Of a stretch of 64,000 nt of DNA, positions 49,497 through 58,505 are shown piece after piece. Below the pieces are notes generated by a model. The model worked only from the letters and a program-made list of their open reading frames with translations. It was not told where the DNA came from and ran no database searches. The position numbers and the translations under genes were made by a program. The DNA comes from an uncultured virus (IMG/VR IMGVR_UViG_3300046522_000747) (Duplodnaviria > Heunggongvirae > Uroviricota > Caudoviricetes), in the IMG/VR virus record IMGVR_UViG_3300046522_000747, one strand, 5' to 3'. The first letter of the stretch is position 1; each line of letters starts with the position of its first letter.

Positions 49497-49805
49497 ATGA
49501 CTGAGCTTTTCAAAAACAAAACCGGTGAATTAGACAGCTTTGAAAAAATGGCATTGGCCTTCACCCAGAAATTCGGGACAAAATTCTTGTCCCGTGTTGA
49601 AGGTAATGATGTTGATGAAATGGCTGTAGAGTTTGCGCGTCTTGTGGCTCCTTATCTGAATCAAAATGCTGACAACTTCAAGATCTACCCTCTTTCACAA
49701 AAAGACGACTACCGTAAGGGCTATGCCTCTGGCGGCGCTATAGACACGCAGATCCGTGTCAGAAGCGGTCGGATGTACTTGGTTGGTTTCAACTACGGGG
49801 CGTAA
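49497..49805 (+). CDS. hypothetical protein
   Basis: ORF ending GFNYGA. Confidence 0.6.
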   Translation: MTELFKNKTGELDSFEKMALAFTQKFGTKFLSRVEGNDVDEMAVEFARLVAPYLNQNADNFKIYPLSQKDDYRKGYASGGAIDTQIRVRSGRMYLVGFNYGA

Positions 49806-49936
49806 CCTCTCCCCTGTCATTTACATTGACAAATGAAAAAGGTTCGTTATAGTTTGGCTCATAGGAGTTATCCATGAATCAACGAATGAATCAAGCAACT
49901 CGATAAAGTCGGAATGGTGATCCCAGGCCGACTTTT

Positions 49937-50251
49937 TTGCGTCTGCTAAATTCTCTGGAGAAGACGATGAAAACAGGTTTTGAAGCCAATCAGTGGGTGT
50001 GCGACGGCGAACAGTTGGGGAAGGTCAAGGCTGTTGAGATCGATGGTACACTCGACATTGTGATTTATGACCGGCAGGGTAATAAAATCGGTCGCAGCAG
50101 CCCTGCAATGGGTGGCCCGCGAGGTTTCGAGCCGTGCTGCAATCCAGACACCTGGAGTGTGATTGAGGCCCCTCACTTTCCTCTGGCTCGATATGCGTAT
50201 CTGAATGAGGTAGTGACCTTCGTTTCACAAGAGGATGCAGCGCATGTATGA
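49937..50251 (+). CDS. hypothetical protein (likely start MKTGFE)
   Basis: GGAG SD; IGRSSPAMGGPRGFEPCC. Confidence 0.65.
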   Translation: MRLLNSLEKTMKTGFEANQWVCDGEQLGKVKAVEIDGTLDIVIYDRQGNKIGRSSPAMGGPRGFEPCCNPDTWSVIEAPHFPLARYAYLNEVVTFVSQEDAAHV

Positions 50252-50735
50252 GCCATCCAAGCGATTCATTGTTCGTGTTGATCAGCTTCGCCAGTACGAC
50301 GATGGTGATCCAATTGGCCACAGTGAAAAAGTCGTAGTCCATAGCTCTGAATATGATGAGCTTTCTTCGCGGATGGTGGGATTCGAGCAGGCTGTTTCGG
50401 GCGCTCTCGATGAAAAACTGCTTGATGACACTCGCTTGATGGTTCGCAGAATGCTCGGTGGGATACAGGACTGCATTACCTACAGGGATGCGGCCAAGCT
50501 TCTCAACATGATGCTTGAGCAAGTTGCGCGGGACGCCGTGCGAATGGATGCCCAGGAGCAGGTGATTAAGCAGGCTGATGAGATCCTTCGTGAATGCACG
50601 CATCATGGACTGATGAATGATGAGCTGGGTAAGAAGGCTGATGTGTTTTTTGCTGATAATCGCAATCTGGCAATTAGCTATAAGTACGTTAATCTGTCGG
50701 CTTCCCTCTCAGATGATACCAAGGCGACTTCATGA
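50235..50735 (+). CDS. hypothetical protein
   Basis: Overlapping operon gene. Confidence 0.6.
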   Translation: MQRMYEPSKRFIVRVDQLRQYDDGDPIGHSEKVVVHSSEYDELSSRMVGFEQAVSGALDEKLLDDTRLMVRRMLGGIQDCITYRDAAKLLNMMLEQVARDAVRMDAQEQVIKQADEILRECTHHGLMNDELGKKADVFFADNRNLAISYKYVNLSASLSDDTKATS

Positions 50736-50920
50736 CCCCGGCTCAAAAGGACACCGTGGCGAGACTCAAGGCAGAAGGCTTTGAGTTGATTGTTGAGGCT
50801 GGGGTAGTTCGAGTGACTCGGGGTGCTGATCGCCGAATCATTTTTGAGGATGGCTCTCAGAAACGCGGTCACCATGTCGATTTGCGCCAAGGCAATACCA
50901 AGAGCAAACGAATGCGTTGA
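50732..50920 (+). CDS. small hypothetical protein
   Basis: ATGA overlap with the upstream gene. Confidence 0.55.
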   Translation: MTPAQKDTVARLKAEGFELIVEAGVVRVTRGADRRIIFEDGSQKRGHHVDLRQGNTKSKRMR

Positions 50921-51004
50921 TACGCGAGCTTCGAGTCCTGTTGATGGGCGGTTCGCTTGGTAGGTAAGGCAACGAAAACCCCTCAGAATCAGAGGGGGTT
51001 TTCA

Positions 51005-51322
51005 TTATTTCTTGGCTAAAAACTCTTCGACGATAGCCTTGTGCTCTACGATTCTGCCTTTTTGCTTTTCTGTGGCAAGCACGCTGCAATATTCAACGCC
51101 AAGCGTTGTTTTGGGGCCAAACTTCTCTTTCATAGGCTCAAGCAGCAACTGAATTACCGCCTCGGCCAAGGCCATCGTCCCAACCATCAGGTGATTTTCA
51201 TCAATCGTCGGTTTGAAGTCGTGGCCGATGAAGACTGCATTTTTTTCATGAGCCTTGATGAGGTTTGTGTTGGGTGGGTTCTCGGTATGAAGCGAGATTG
51301 AGTAGTGGTAGATTCTTTCCAT
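51005..51322 (-). CDS. hypothetical protein
   Basis: GGAG SD; terminator hairpin at 50975-51002. Confidence 0.6.
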   Translation of the reverse strand: MERIYHYSISLHTENPPNTNLIKAHEKNAVFIGHDFKPTIDENHLMVGTMALAEAVIQLLLEPMKEKFGPKTTLGVEYCSVLATEKQKGRIVEHKAIVEEFLAKK

Positions 51323-51528
51323 TGCTCACTCCGTTTGGCTTGACATTGAGATCCTGAGATTAGTCGTTCCTTCAACAAAATCCAAGTGGAAAAATGCCTT
51401 TAGTTTGCTGCAAGTTATCTGATTGTCAGTGGTTTATATGGTTGACATTGCTGAAAAGATTTCTATACTGAATTTATCTAATTAGCACTATTGCAAAACA
51501 ACGACTGTTCAATGGCGAGATATTCAAG

Positions 51529-51945
51529 TTGGGCAGCTTAAGCCATTTTTACACAACGATATTCAGAGAGAACTCAGGAGCAACTATGAACAAGCAGGAA
51601 TTGCGCGACAACGTGGGTTACATTCTTCCTCTTCTTGCATTGAATCTCAAGCAGGCTCATCAGGAGTACATGGACTCTGAGCTTCCACACGGGGCGTATG
51701 TTCATGTCCAGGCTCGGCATCAACTCGCCGAGGATATCATCAACAGTGATATTGATGACATCAAGCAGGCCTATACGGCTGCATCCATGCTAACCATCGA
51801 TTTGCGCGCTGGCCTGCGTGATTTTCCAGAGCAGGCAGATAAACTCAGTGCCTGGGTTGCGTTTCTGCAAGTCTCAGGCATGACCGAAACAAATAGTTTT
51901 CTGGATGTGCCTGCTTTTCCTCGTACACAAGAGATTGAAGCATAA
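51529..51945 (+). CDS. hypothetical protein (likely start MNKQEL)
   Basis: AGGAG SD. Confidence 0.65.
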   Translation: MGSLSHFYTTIFRENSGATMNKQELRDNVGYILPLLALNLKQAHQEYMDSELPHGAYVHVQARHQLAEDIINSDIDDIKQAYTAASMLTIDLRAGLRDFPEQADKLSAWVAFLQVSGMTETNSFLDVPAFPRTQEIEA

Positions 51946-53442
51946 TCACTTTATGCCGGGCTGATTGGTCGAGACCTTATCGGTGTAGCGGCCAATTACC
52001 GAACGCTCAGTATTGGGTTGTATTTCTGTCATGTTGAGTTCGGAGTCCAGGTGCGTGCCTGTTACCTTCTCAAAATACTGGCTAATCACCTGCTGATTTT
52101 TGGCTTTTCTGTCAAACGCAGGTGAATCCAGATGCCCTCCCATGCTATCCACAAACACTTTGACATCGAAACTACCGTCTTTTGTTGCCGTCAGGTACGC
52201 TTTTTTGGCTTCAGCATCATTAAAAACGTCGATATGGTTGCTTAATGCTGTGACGAAATGCGGAAGTTTCTCATTGAGCTTGCCGTGATACATCAGGTTG
52301 TTTAATGAAGCGATCATCGCAGCACGGCTGAAGTCCCTTACGGCTGTAGCGCCCTCCCCTTGTTTTAACAACTCCATTGAATTGACGGCATATCGATATT
52401 CGTGTGGCAGGGTATTTTGATCGGTAACGTAGGCATTGGCGAATGCTATGTGTTTTTGCAATAAGTACTGCGCTTCAGAATAGTGTTTTCCGTTTTTCCC
52501 CTTAATGGTCGGTTCATTCATGGCATGAACATAGGCATTCACCTTGCTTTCAGCCAAATGCATGAGTGTTCTATCATCAAGGTTTTTAACCTGTCGGATG
52601 TCAACGGTATCCATGATCGCGCTGGCAATTTCAACAGTCATGTGAGTTTTGTCTGTAGACAGTGCATATCGAAGCGGTAAAATGTTATAGCGAAAATCAT
52701 CCTGATTGCCTGTTTCTCTCAGCATTATCATGGCTGTCGCCACGTCTGCGATGGCTTCGGTTTTTAGGATAAAAAAATCTGTTGTGTACTTGGCGTCATA
52801 TTGCTTGGATTCAACAATGTGCGTCATTTCATGGAAAAAGCTGAAGTACTTTTGCTCATTGTTGTCAGTATATTGTGGAAAATTAGCATCCAGATTATTA
52901 GTATCGTACTCTGTCCATGCTTTAAAAAACGCAATTCTCTGTCCATCTTTGCGCTCCTCCCCATCAGCATAATCACTCGTGAACGACGTAAAGGCCCCGC
53001 CCATAGGCTCTGTCAGATCAGTAAATAACTGAATTTTCTTGAATTCGTCAGAGCTGCTTTCATAACCGGATTCTTTCCTGAGTTGTTCCAGGGCATTAAT
53101 TTTTTCAGGAGTATTATTGGGGTTGATGTAGCGAGAAAGTAGCCCCTTTTTCATGTTGGCTACAATATAGCGAAGGTTTTCGTCAGTATGGAGAACAATG
53201 ATATTGTTCTCTGTGCCGTAGAGCTTGTTTAAATTCTTGCTCGTTGGACCAAGGGTGTTTTTTATTTCTGAGTAGCTTAATGCAGCGGATTGCTCATGCG
53301 AACTCGCATGAGCAGGATTGATCGCAGCAATAGTAATAAGAGCGCAGAGACCTGCGGCTGAAGCTTTCATGATTGAGGGTCGTGTTGAACTAATATTGCC
53401 TAATGAAATGATAAGTGAGTCTTTCCAGTCGTGAAATGTCAT
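51946..53442 (-). CDS. exported protein with an HExxH zinc-peptidase motif
   Basis: Hydrophobic signal; FFHEMTH...EAIAD. Confidence 0.6.
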   Translation of the reverse strand: MTFHDWKDSLIISLGNISSTRPSIMKASAAGLCALITIAAINPAHASSHEQSAALSYSEIKNTLGPTSKNLNKLYGTENNIIVLHTDENLRYIVANMKKGLLSRYINPNNTPEKINALEQLRKESGYESSSDEFKKIQLFTDLTEPMGGAFTSFTSDYADGEERKDGQRIAFFKAWTEYDTNNLDANFPQYTDNNEQKYFSFFHEMTHIVESKQYDAKYTTDFFILKTEAIADVATAMIMLRETGNQDDFRYNILPLRYALSTDKTHMTVEIASAIMDTVDIRQVKNLDDRTLMHLAESKVNAYVHAMNEPTIKGKNGKHYSEAQYLLQKHIAFANAYVTDQNTLPHEYRYAVNSMELLKQGEGATAVRDFSRAAMIASLNNLMYHGKLNEKLPHFVTALSNHIDVFNDAEAKKAYLTATKDGSFDVKVFVDSMGGHLDSPAFDRKAKNQQVISQYFEKVTGTHLDSELNMTEIQPNTERSVIGRYTDKVSTNQPGIK

Positions 53443-53489
53443 ATCGTCGCTCCCTGTTGTTTAATTATAACAGAGTGAGCGACGACCAG

Positions 53490-53984
53490 TTAATTATTGA
53501 TATTTGCGATCCGCTCAAGCCATGAATCATGGAAGCTTTTTGATGCCCTATCAAAGTCCACAGAAATAAACAGCAGTCGTTCATCTTCTTTCATTTCAAG
53601 GCAGTGATTAAAGCGATAACGAATGCTAAACACATCACCTTCGTTAAGCTCAAAGCTCTCGCCAGTCGTTTGGTGAATTATCGCGCCGGGAGGCACGCCC
53701 ACCATAATCAAGATGCCATAGGCCACACCGATGTGCGCGTCATTGTGCATTTTCAATGGGGTGGCTCGCAGAAACTGCCCAGTCAAAAACTGTTTTCTAT
53801 CTTCATCAGTGAACTGAATGCCTGTTTCCTGGAGAGCGTCAAACGCTTCCTGTGGGCGGCGCATCAAATGTAGGCCCGTGACGCCATGAGCGCCATTTCT
53901 TTGGGTCTGCGTAGAATGTTTTAGGATGTCATCTTTCAGATTCTTCGGAAGGGCGATGGAGCCTAGTTTTTCGATGCATTGCAT
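53490..53984 (-). CDS. cupin/2OG-Fe(II)-like protein
   Basis: HND...H pattern in a beta-rich region. Confidence 0.45.
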   Translation of the reverse strand: MQCIEKLGSIALPKNLKDDILKHSTQTQRNGAHGVTGLHLMRRPQEAFDALQETGIQFTDEDRKQFLTGQFLRATPLKMHNDAHIGVAYGILIMVGVPPGAIIHQTTGESFELNEGDVFSIRYRFNHCLEMKEDERLLFISVDFDRASKSFHDSWLERIANINN

Positions 53985-54000
53985 AACGTGTTCTTACTCC

Positions 54001-54288
54001 TTACCGGCTTTGCCGAAATGGCCAGCGGTGGGCTAGGCCAGTTCTTAGCTTCTCGATGAAGCCTTTCTTGCGCTGTACTTCAACGATGGGCATGGTCAGC
54101 TGGTGCCAGCGATCGAACACATTGAGGTCGCTAACGTCGCCAGAGATGTACACGTACGCCCTGCCGTTGAATGGTAGGGGGTTGGACTCAAAGCGGCATC
54201 CTGAGCCTTTTACGCAGTCCTGAAGAAGGCGCAATTTCGATGCTTCGACATAAAAGCTGATTTGATTAGCCATGACTAAATTACCCAT
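54001..54288 (-). CDS. hypothetical protein
   Basis: ORF only. Confidence 0.55.
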   Translation of the reverse strand: MGNLVMANQISFYVEASKLRLLQDCVKGSGCRFESNPLPFNGRAYVYISGDVSDLNVFDRWHQLTMPIVEVQRKKGFIEKLRTGLAHRWPFRQSR

Positions 54289-54375
54289 GTATTATTTAAG
54301 CATATTATATGTGATGCCGCATTGTGTCAATCAAAATGACAGCGTTTCATGTTGTTTAGAGTGAGGGAAATGTAA

Positions 54376-55419
54376 ATGCGTAAACTTGTGACACTACGTC
54401 AAATTAATGCGATCACATCCATTCCGGGTGCGGATTTTATTGAGCGTGTAGCTATTGATGGATGGAGTGCGGTCGCCACCAAGGGCGATTTTTCGGTTGG
54501 AGACCCGTGCCTTTATTTTGAGATCGATTGCTACATTCCATATGGGGATGCGCGTTTTGAATTTTTGATGAAGGATAAAATTGTCTGGTCTGGAGTTGAA
54601 GGTGTAAGAATTCGCACCCGAGAGTTTCGTAAGCAGATCTCCCAGGGGCTCGCCTTGCCATTGGCTCAATTTCCCGAGGTCGTCGAAATTGTAGAATCCA
54701 TGACGCCTGCTCAGGCTAGAGCAATCGACTTCACTGAGTTGCTGGGTGTATTGAAATGGGAGCGAGAAATTCCGGCAGAGTTGTTGGCTCTGGTAAATGG
54801 TGGGATGCCATCGTACATCCGCAAGACTGAGGTTGAGCGAATTCAGAACATTCCTGAGATCTTCGATGAGCAGGCTGATGTCATCTTCCAGGAGACGGTG
54901 AAGCTTGATGGTTATAGCATGACGGTTTTCAGTCATTTGCAGGACAGCGGAGTCTGCATGCGTAACTGGTGGCTGAAAAACGATGTCCCTAACGAATACG
55001 CCGCTGTTGCCAATGACTTTGGATTGCTGGAGGCGGTACGTAAATACCCGAAGAGCATTGCCCTTCAGGGGGAGTTGATTGGCCCTCGTGTTTGCGGCAA
55101 TCATGATCGGCTGAGCGCCAGGGAGTTTCGGCTCTTCAAGATCTACGATATTGCGCAGAGTAGATATGTCGGTTATCAGGAGCGCGAAGAGATCATCGCG
55201 GATTTGAGGCTGCTAGGGGCAAACATTTTGCAGGTGCCAACAGTACGATTTGTTCGTCTTGGTGATCTCGGCTCAGTTGAACGCGTGCTTGAGTCTGCAA
55301 GCGGCCCTTCTCTGAACCCTGAAGTTAGTTGCGAGGGTAAGGTTTTTTGTAGCGTGGATGGCAGGACTTCTTTCAAGGCCATCAGTAACTCGTATTTGCT
55401 GACAAACACAGATTCCTGA
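54376..55419 (+). CDS. ATP-dependent RNA ligase (DRB0094/Rnl5-like)
   Basis: N-terminal IPGADFIE...YFEID...QISQGL; nucleotidyltransferase motifs KLDG, QGELIG, F.IYD, EGKVF, FKAISN.YL. Confidence 0.9.
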   Translation: MRKLVTLRQINAITSIPGADFIERVAIDGWSAVATKGDFSVGDPCLYFEIDCYIPYGDARFEFLMKDKIVWSGVEGVRIRTREFRKQISQGLALPLAQFPEVVEIVESMTPAQARAIDFTELLGVLKWEREIPAELLALVNGGMPSYIRKTEVERIQNIPEIFDEQADVIFQETVKLDGYSMTVFSHLQDSGVCMRNWWLKNDVPNEYAAVANDFGLLEAVRKYPKSIALQGELIGPRVCGNHDRLSAREFRLFKIYDIAQSRYVGYQEREEIIADLRLLGANILQVPTVRFVRLGDLGSVERVLESASGPSLNPEVSCEGKVFCSVDGRTSFKAISNSYLLTNTDS

Positions 55420-55630
55420 CCCCTCTCTTTGATTACTCGGTACGCGGATCATGAGTATCTATTAATCAAAGAGGCTTTGTTTCCGATAATTTTATAGCGA
55501 TGAAAAATAGTCAGTGTTTATGACCTGAGGTTCTGCCTCACGCTAATGTCCTTCAGCAGGAATAAGAACTTCTTCCTGGGTGTTGTCCTGACGCCAATTC
55601 TCTGGCAGGATCAGGGGATAAGGAAATCAG

Positions 55631-55861
55631 GTGATATCTATGGACAGGTCTGAAATGGTTCTTTGGGTGCTTAAGGTGAATCCACTTGCGACGCCCTCTC
55701 ATGCCGAAGCTCGCATGTGGGTCAACTCAAAGCCGACCGACAAGGTGTTTAAGGCTCGCGACCTGGACTCGATCCGTCAGCTCCTTCCAAGTGGCTTGTC
55801 GCGTATCACCTGCTCCGCTAAGGACGATCCGTTTGTCGTCGAAACATGGATGAAAAAATAA
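55631..55861 (+). CDS. small hypothetical protein
   Basis: LDSIRQLLPSGL...DDPFVVETW. Confidence 0.55.
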   Translation: MISMDRSEMVLWVLKVNPLATPSHAEARMWVNSKPTDKVFKARDLDSIRQLLPSGLSRITCSAKDDPFVVETWMKK

Positions 55862-55873
55862 TCACGCAAGCTG

Positions 55874-55902
55874 TTGACATAAAGCGATATTATATGTATG
55901 AT
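55874..55902 (+). promoter_or_regulatory. sigma70 promoter of tRNA-Arg copy 1
   Basis: TTGACA-17-TATGAT. Confidence 0.75.
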
Positions 55903-55913
55903 TAACTCACAAA

Positions 55914-55990
55914 GCATCCATAGCTCAGATGGATAGAGCATCCGCCTTCTAAGCGGATGGTCGCAGGTTCGAGTCCTGCTGGGTGCGCCA
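55914..55990 (+). tRNA. tRNA-Arg(UCU)
   Basis: Full cloverleaf, anticodon loop CTTCTAA, encoded CCA. Confidence 0.96.
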
Positions 55991-56009
55991 TTTTCGTTAG
56001 TATTATTGC

Positions 56010-56038
56010 TTGACGTTGCTGAATAATAGCTGTATATT
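56010..56038 (+). promoter_or_regulatory. sigma70 promoter of tRNA-Arg copy 2
   Basis: TTGACG-17-TATATT. Confidence 0.7.
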
Positions 56039-56049
56039 ATTCTCATTCA

Positions 56050-56126
56050 GTGCCCGTAGCTCAGCTGGATAGAGCATCCGCCTTCTAAGCGGATGGTCAC
56101 AGGTTCGAATCCTGTCGGGTGCGCCA
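56050..56126 (+). tRNA. tRNA-Arg(UCU), second copy
   Basis: Full cloverleaf, identical anticodon arm, encoded CCA. Confidence 0.96.
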
Positions 56127-56408
56127 TTTCCTTGCAGTTTTTAATTGAACTGCAAACAGCGGTTTTAGCGATGCTTTTTGGTTGCAGGTCCATTGACCGT
56201 CATTGAGAAGCCCTCGCTATTTTATTCTCTGGCTTGGCCAGATCTGGTAATACTTCTCCTTGCTGAGTTTTCAGCATTAGGCCGGAAAGCGTGAGCTTTC
56301 TGGCTTTTTTTATTGTCCCCAAAAGATGGCTGCAAAAAGAAGGATGCAAAAAAGCGCACATCCTGAAAGGGTGTGCGCCGCTGTGTTTGTGAGTTGAGAC
56401 TGTGCTGA

Positions 56409-57677
56409 TTACAACTCCAGAGAGGGGTTGTTTGGACGCTCGTTACGCTTGTGCAAGTAGACAGAGCAGGCAAGGTTAGCCATTCCAGCTTCAACCAGGG
56501 CATTGAATTCCGGGGCGTGAACCTTCTCTGAAAGAGATGTGTCGGCGGAAAATGTCGTTTGAGGCGAGCGTCGCTCCTTGTCCAGATCTTCAACGAAATT
56601 GACCAGAGCCGGAAACGGCTTGATTCCACTTTCAATGGCCTTGATGACGTTGGGTAGCATTCCTATTTCTTCAAGCATGTCCTCTTCATTTTCCCACGGT
56701 ATTTGATACAGGCGCTGATCTGAGGTGTTCCAATCGCGCATTACTTCTTTGCCGAAGTGCTTTTGAATCACTGCGTTGGTTTGATACGCCTGAAAGGCCT
56801 TGTGGGAGTTAATGGCCAAGCGCAACGCCATCCCTAGGCCATTCATGTTCACGCCTCTGGAGTGTATATTGCGGTCATGGCCTGGGACTGGTTCTGCATA
56901 GGCCATCAACAGCGACATGGGTTCGCTGTTGTTGCCTGCTGAGTCCTGAGTGTTTGCAAGGCTTGGCAGCGAAAAATGCGTGTACTCATTAATGTTCCTG
57001 CCTTTAATTGCCTCAATTTCTGCCTTTGTAAGGCTGTTTTCACCCCACACTACTTTCCGCACCTCATCTCCTTCGTGTTGGATAGGGCGCCATGTGACAT
57101 ACGTGCTATCGCTTTCACCATCGAGAATTATGCCCATTCTGGCTTCAATTATCTCATTGGAGCGAATCACTGGGAAAGGCGTCGTAAATGGCATCTCCAC
57201 ATAGGCCAAACCTTTCTTCGAAAGAACTAGCCGCGCCACGGCTTCTGGTGGCAGGAATTCCATCAGGTCGGTGGCCAGCTTGTTGCTGTTGCTTTTAGGG
57301 CCAGTGGTGTTGTGGCCGGTAATGCGCTCTTGCATCATTTTAACGATGTTGCGAGCTTCAAAAAGATCCTCTGGGCCGCTCAGGCGACCGTAGCTCAGGG
57401 TCGCTTTGGAGGCGTCGAGCACATCCAACAGCTTGATGGAAAAGGCTCCGCGTTCACTGCCATCGTTGCTCACGCTCCACTGCCGAGATTCTGGGTCAAG
57501 CAACAGGGTGGAATTGAGAGAGATCTCGGATCTACTGAGCAGCATATTTTCGAGGTCTTTTTTGGCTTCTGGCGTCCAAAGCGGTAGAAACAATGGTGAC
57601 ACTTTCATCATGATATCCTTGATATTTTTATCAATTGTACCATATTTGTAGCGCTTTGTGTAGTTGACATTTTGCAT
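56409..57677 (-). CDS. hypothetical protein (start probably MMKVSP)
   Basis: Long ORF; terminator hairpin downstream. Confidence 0.7.
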   Translation of the reverse strand: MQNVNYTKRYKYGTIDKNIKDIMMKVSPLFLPLWTPEAKKDLENMLLSRSEISLNSTLLLDPESRQWSVSNDGSERGAFSIKLLDVLDASKATLSYGRLSGPEDLFEARNIVKMMQERITGHNTTGPKSNSNKLATDLMEFLPPEAVARLVLSKKGLAYVEMPFTTPFPVIRSNEIIEARMGIILDGESDSTYVTWRPIQHEGDEVRKVVWGENSLTKAEIEAIKGRNINEYTHFSLPSLANTQDSAGNNSEPMSLLMAYAEPVPGHDRNIHSRGVNMNGLGMALRLAINSHKAFQAYQTNAVIQKHFGKEVMRDWNTSDQRLYQIPWENEEDMLEEIGMLPNVIKAIESGIKPFPALVNFVEDLDKERRSPQTTFSADTSLSEKVHAPEFNALVEAGMANLACSVYLHKRNERPNNPSLEL

Positions 57678-57722
57678 GTTTTTTGATAGTATTGCGTTAA
57701 TTAATAACTCTTGAGGTTTGTT

Positions 57723-58232
57723 ATGTCCAAAATACTAAAGTCCATTTATCTCGCGGGGTTTGATGTTTTTCTGCCGAATCCAGTCGAGCATGGTGACAAG
57801 CTCAAGGCAATCGCGGGCGAGCACGGACTTGTCGGTAACTTCCCGCTCGATAATGTGATTGAGGCTGGCCGCATTCCTGAAGAGACAGCCGAAAAAATCG
57901 CTTTCGCCAACATCGATCTCATCAAGAAAAGTGACGCTGTGGTTGCCAATGCTAATAGCTTCCGTGGTCATGAACCTGACTCCGGCACCATGTTTGAAAT
58001 CGGCTTTGCCATCGCTCTGAACAAGCCTGTGTTCATCTATATGGAAGATCACAGGCCGATGTATGAAAAAGTGCCGAACGCCCTTGGGGTGGATGATCAA
58101 GGCTTCTCCGTGGAGGATTTCAACCTTCCGGTGAACCTGATGATTGCCTGCACGGCTAAAGGCATTTACCGAACCTATGCTGAGGCGGTTCAGGCTGTTG
58201 TGGAATACAACAAGACCATTGAGTCGGCCTGA
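57723..58232 (+). CDS. nucleoside 2-deoxyribosyltransferase family protein
   Basis: IYLAGFDVF, D...DSGTMFEIGFA.ALNKPV, NLMI. Confidence 0.9.
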   Translation: MSKILKSIYLAGFDVFLPNPVEHGDKLKAIAGEHGLVGNFPLDNVIEAGRIPEETAEKIAFANIDLIKKSDAVVANANSFRGHEPDSGTMFEIGFAIALNKPVFIYMEDHRPMYEKVPNALGVDDQGFSVEDFNLPVNLMIACTAKGIYRTYAEAVQAVVEYNKTIESA

Positions 58233-58505
58233 ATGCTGCGTTGAGTGGAGTGCCCGCCAGGGCACTCCATGGATACATCCCTTCCCTTCCCTCCCCTGTG
58301 CTTTTTCTGTATCGATATCAAACTTGTTATATTGAATTTTGATCGGTTGATACAATGACTTAACAGTCAGCTTTCGACCCATGCGAGCTTGAGTAAAGCC
58401 CTGTAATATCAGAATATTGGCGTCAAAAAACATTGATGAATGACGCGCTGTCTGGCAAAATGCCGGACATCAGAAATCAATGTATTCATCATATTAAGTA
58501 CGCAC

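Noticed and set aside
55777..56046. 89-aa minus-strand ORF
   Set aside because: Antisense translation of tRNA-Arg.
56050..56126. G3-U70 pair making tRNA-Arg copy 2 an alanine-mischarged tRNA
   Set aside because: G73 and U2-G71 do not fit AlaRS identity, and the Arg determinants (A20, C35) are intact. Insufficient evidence.
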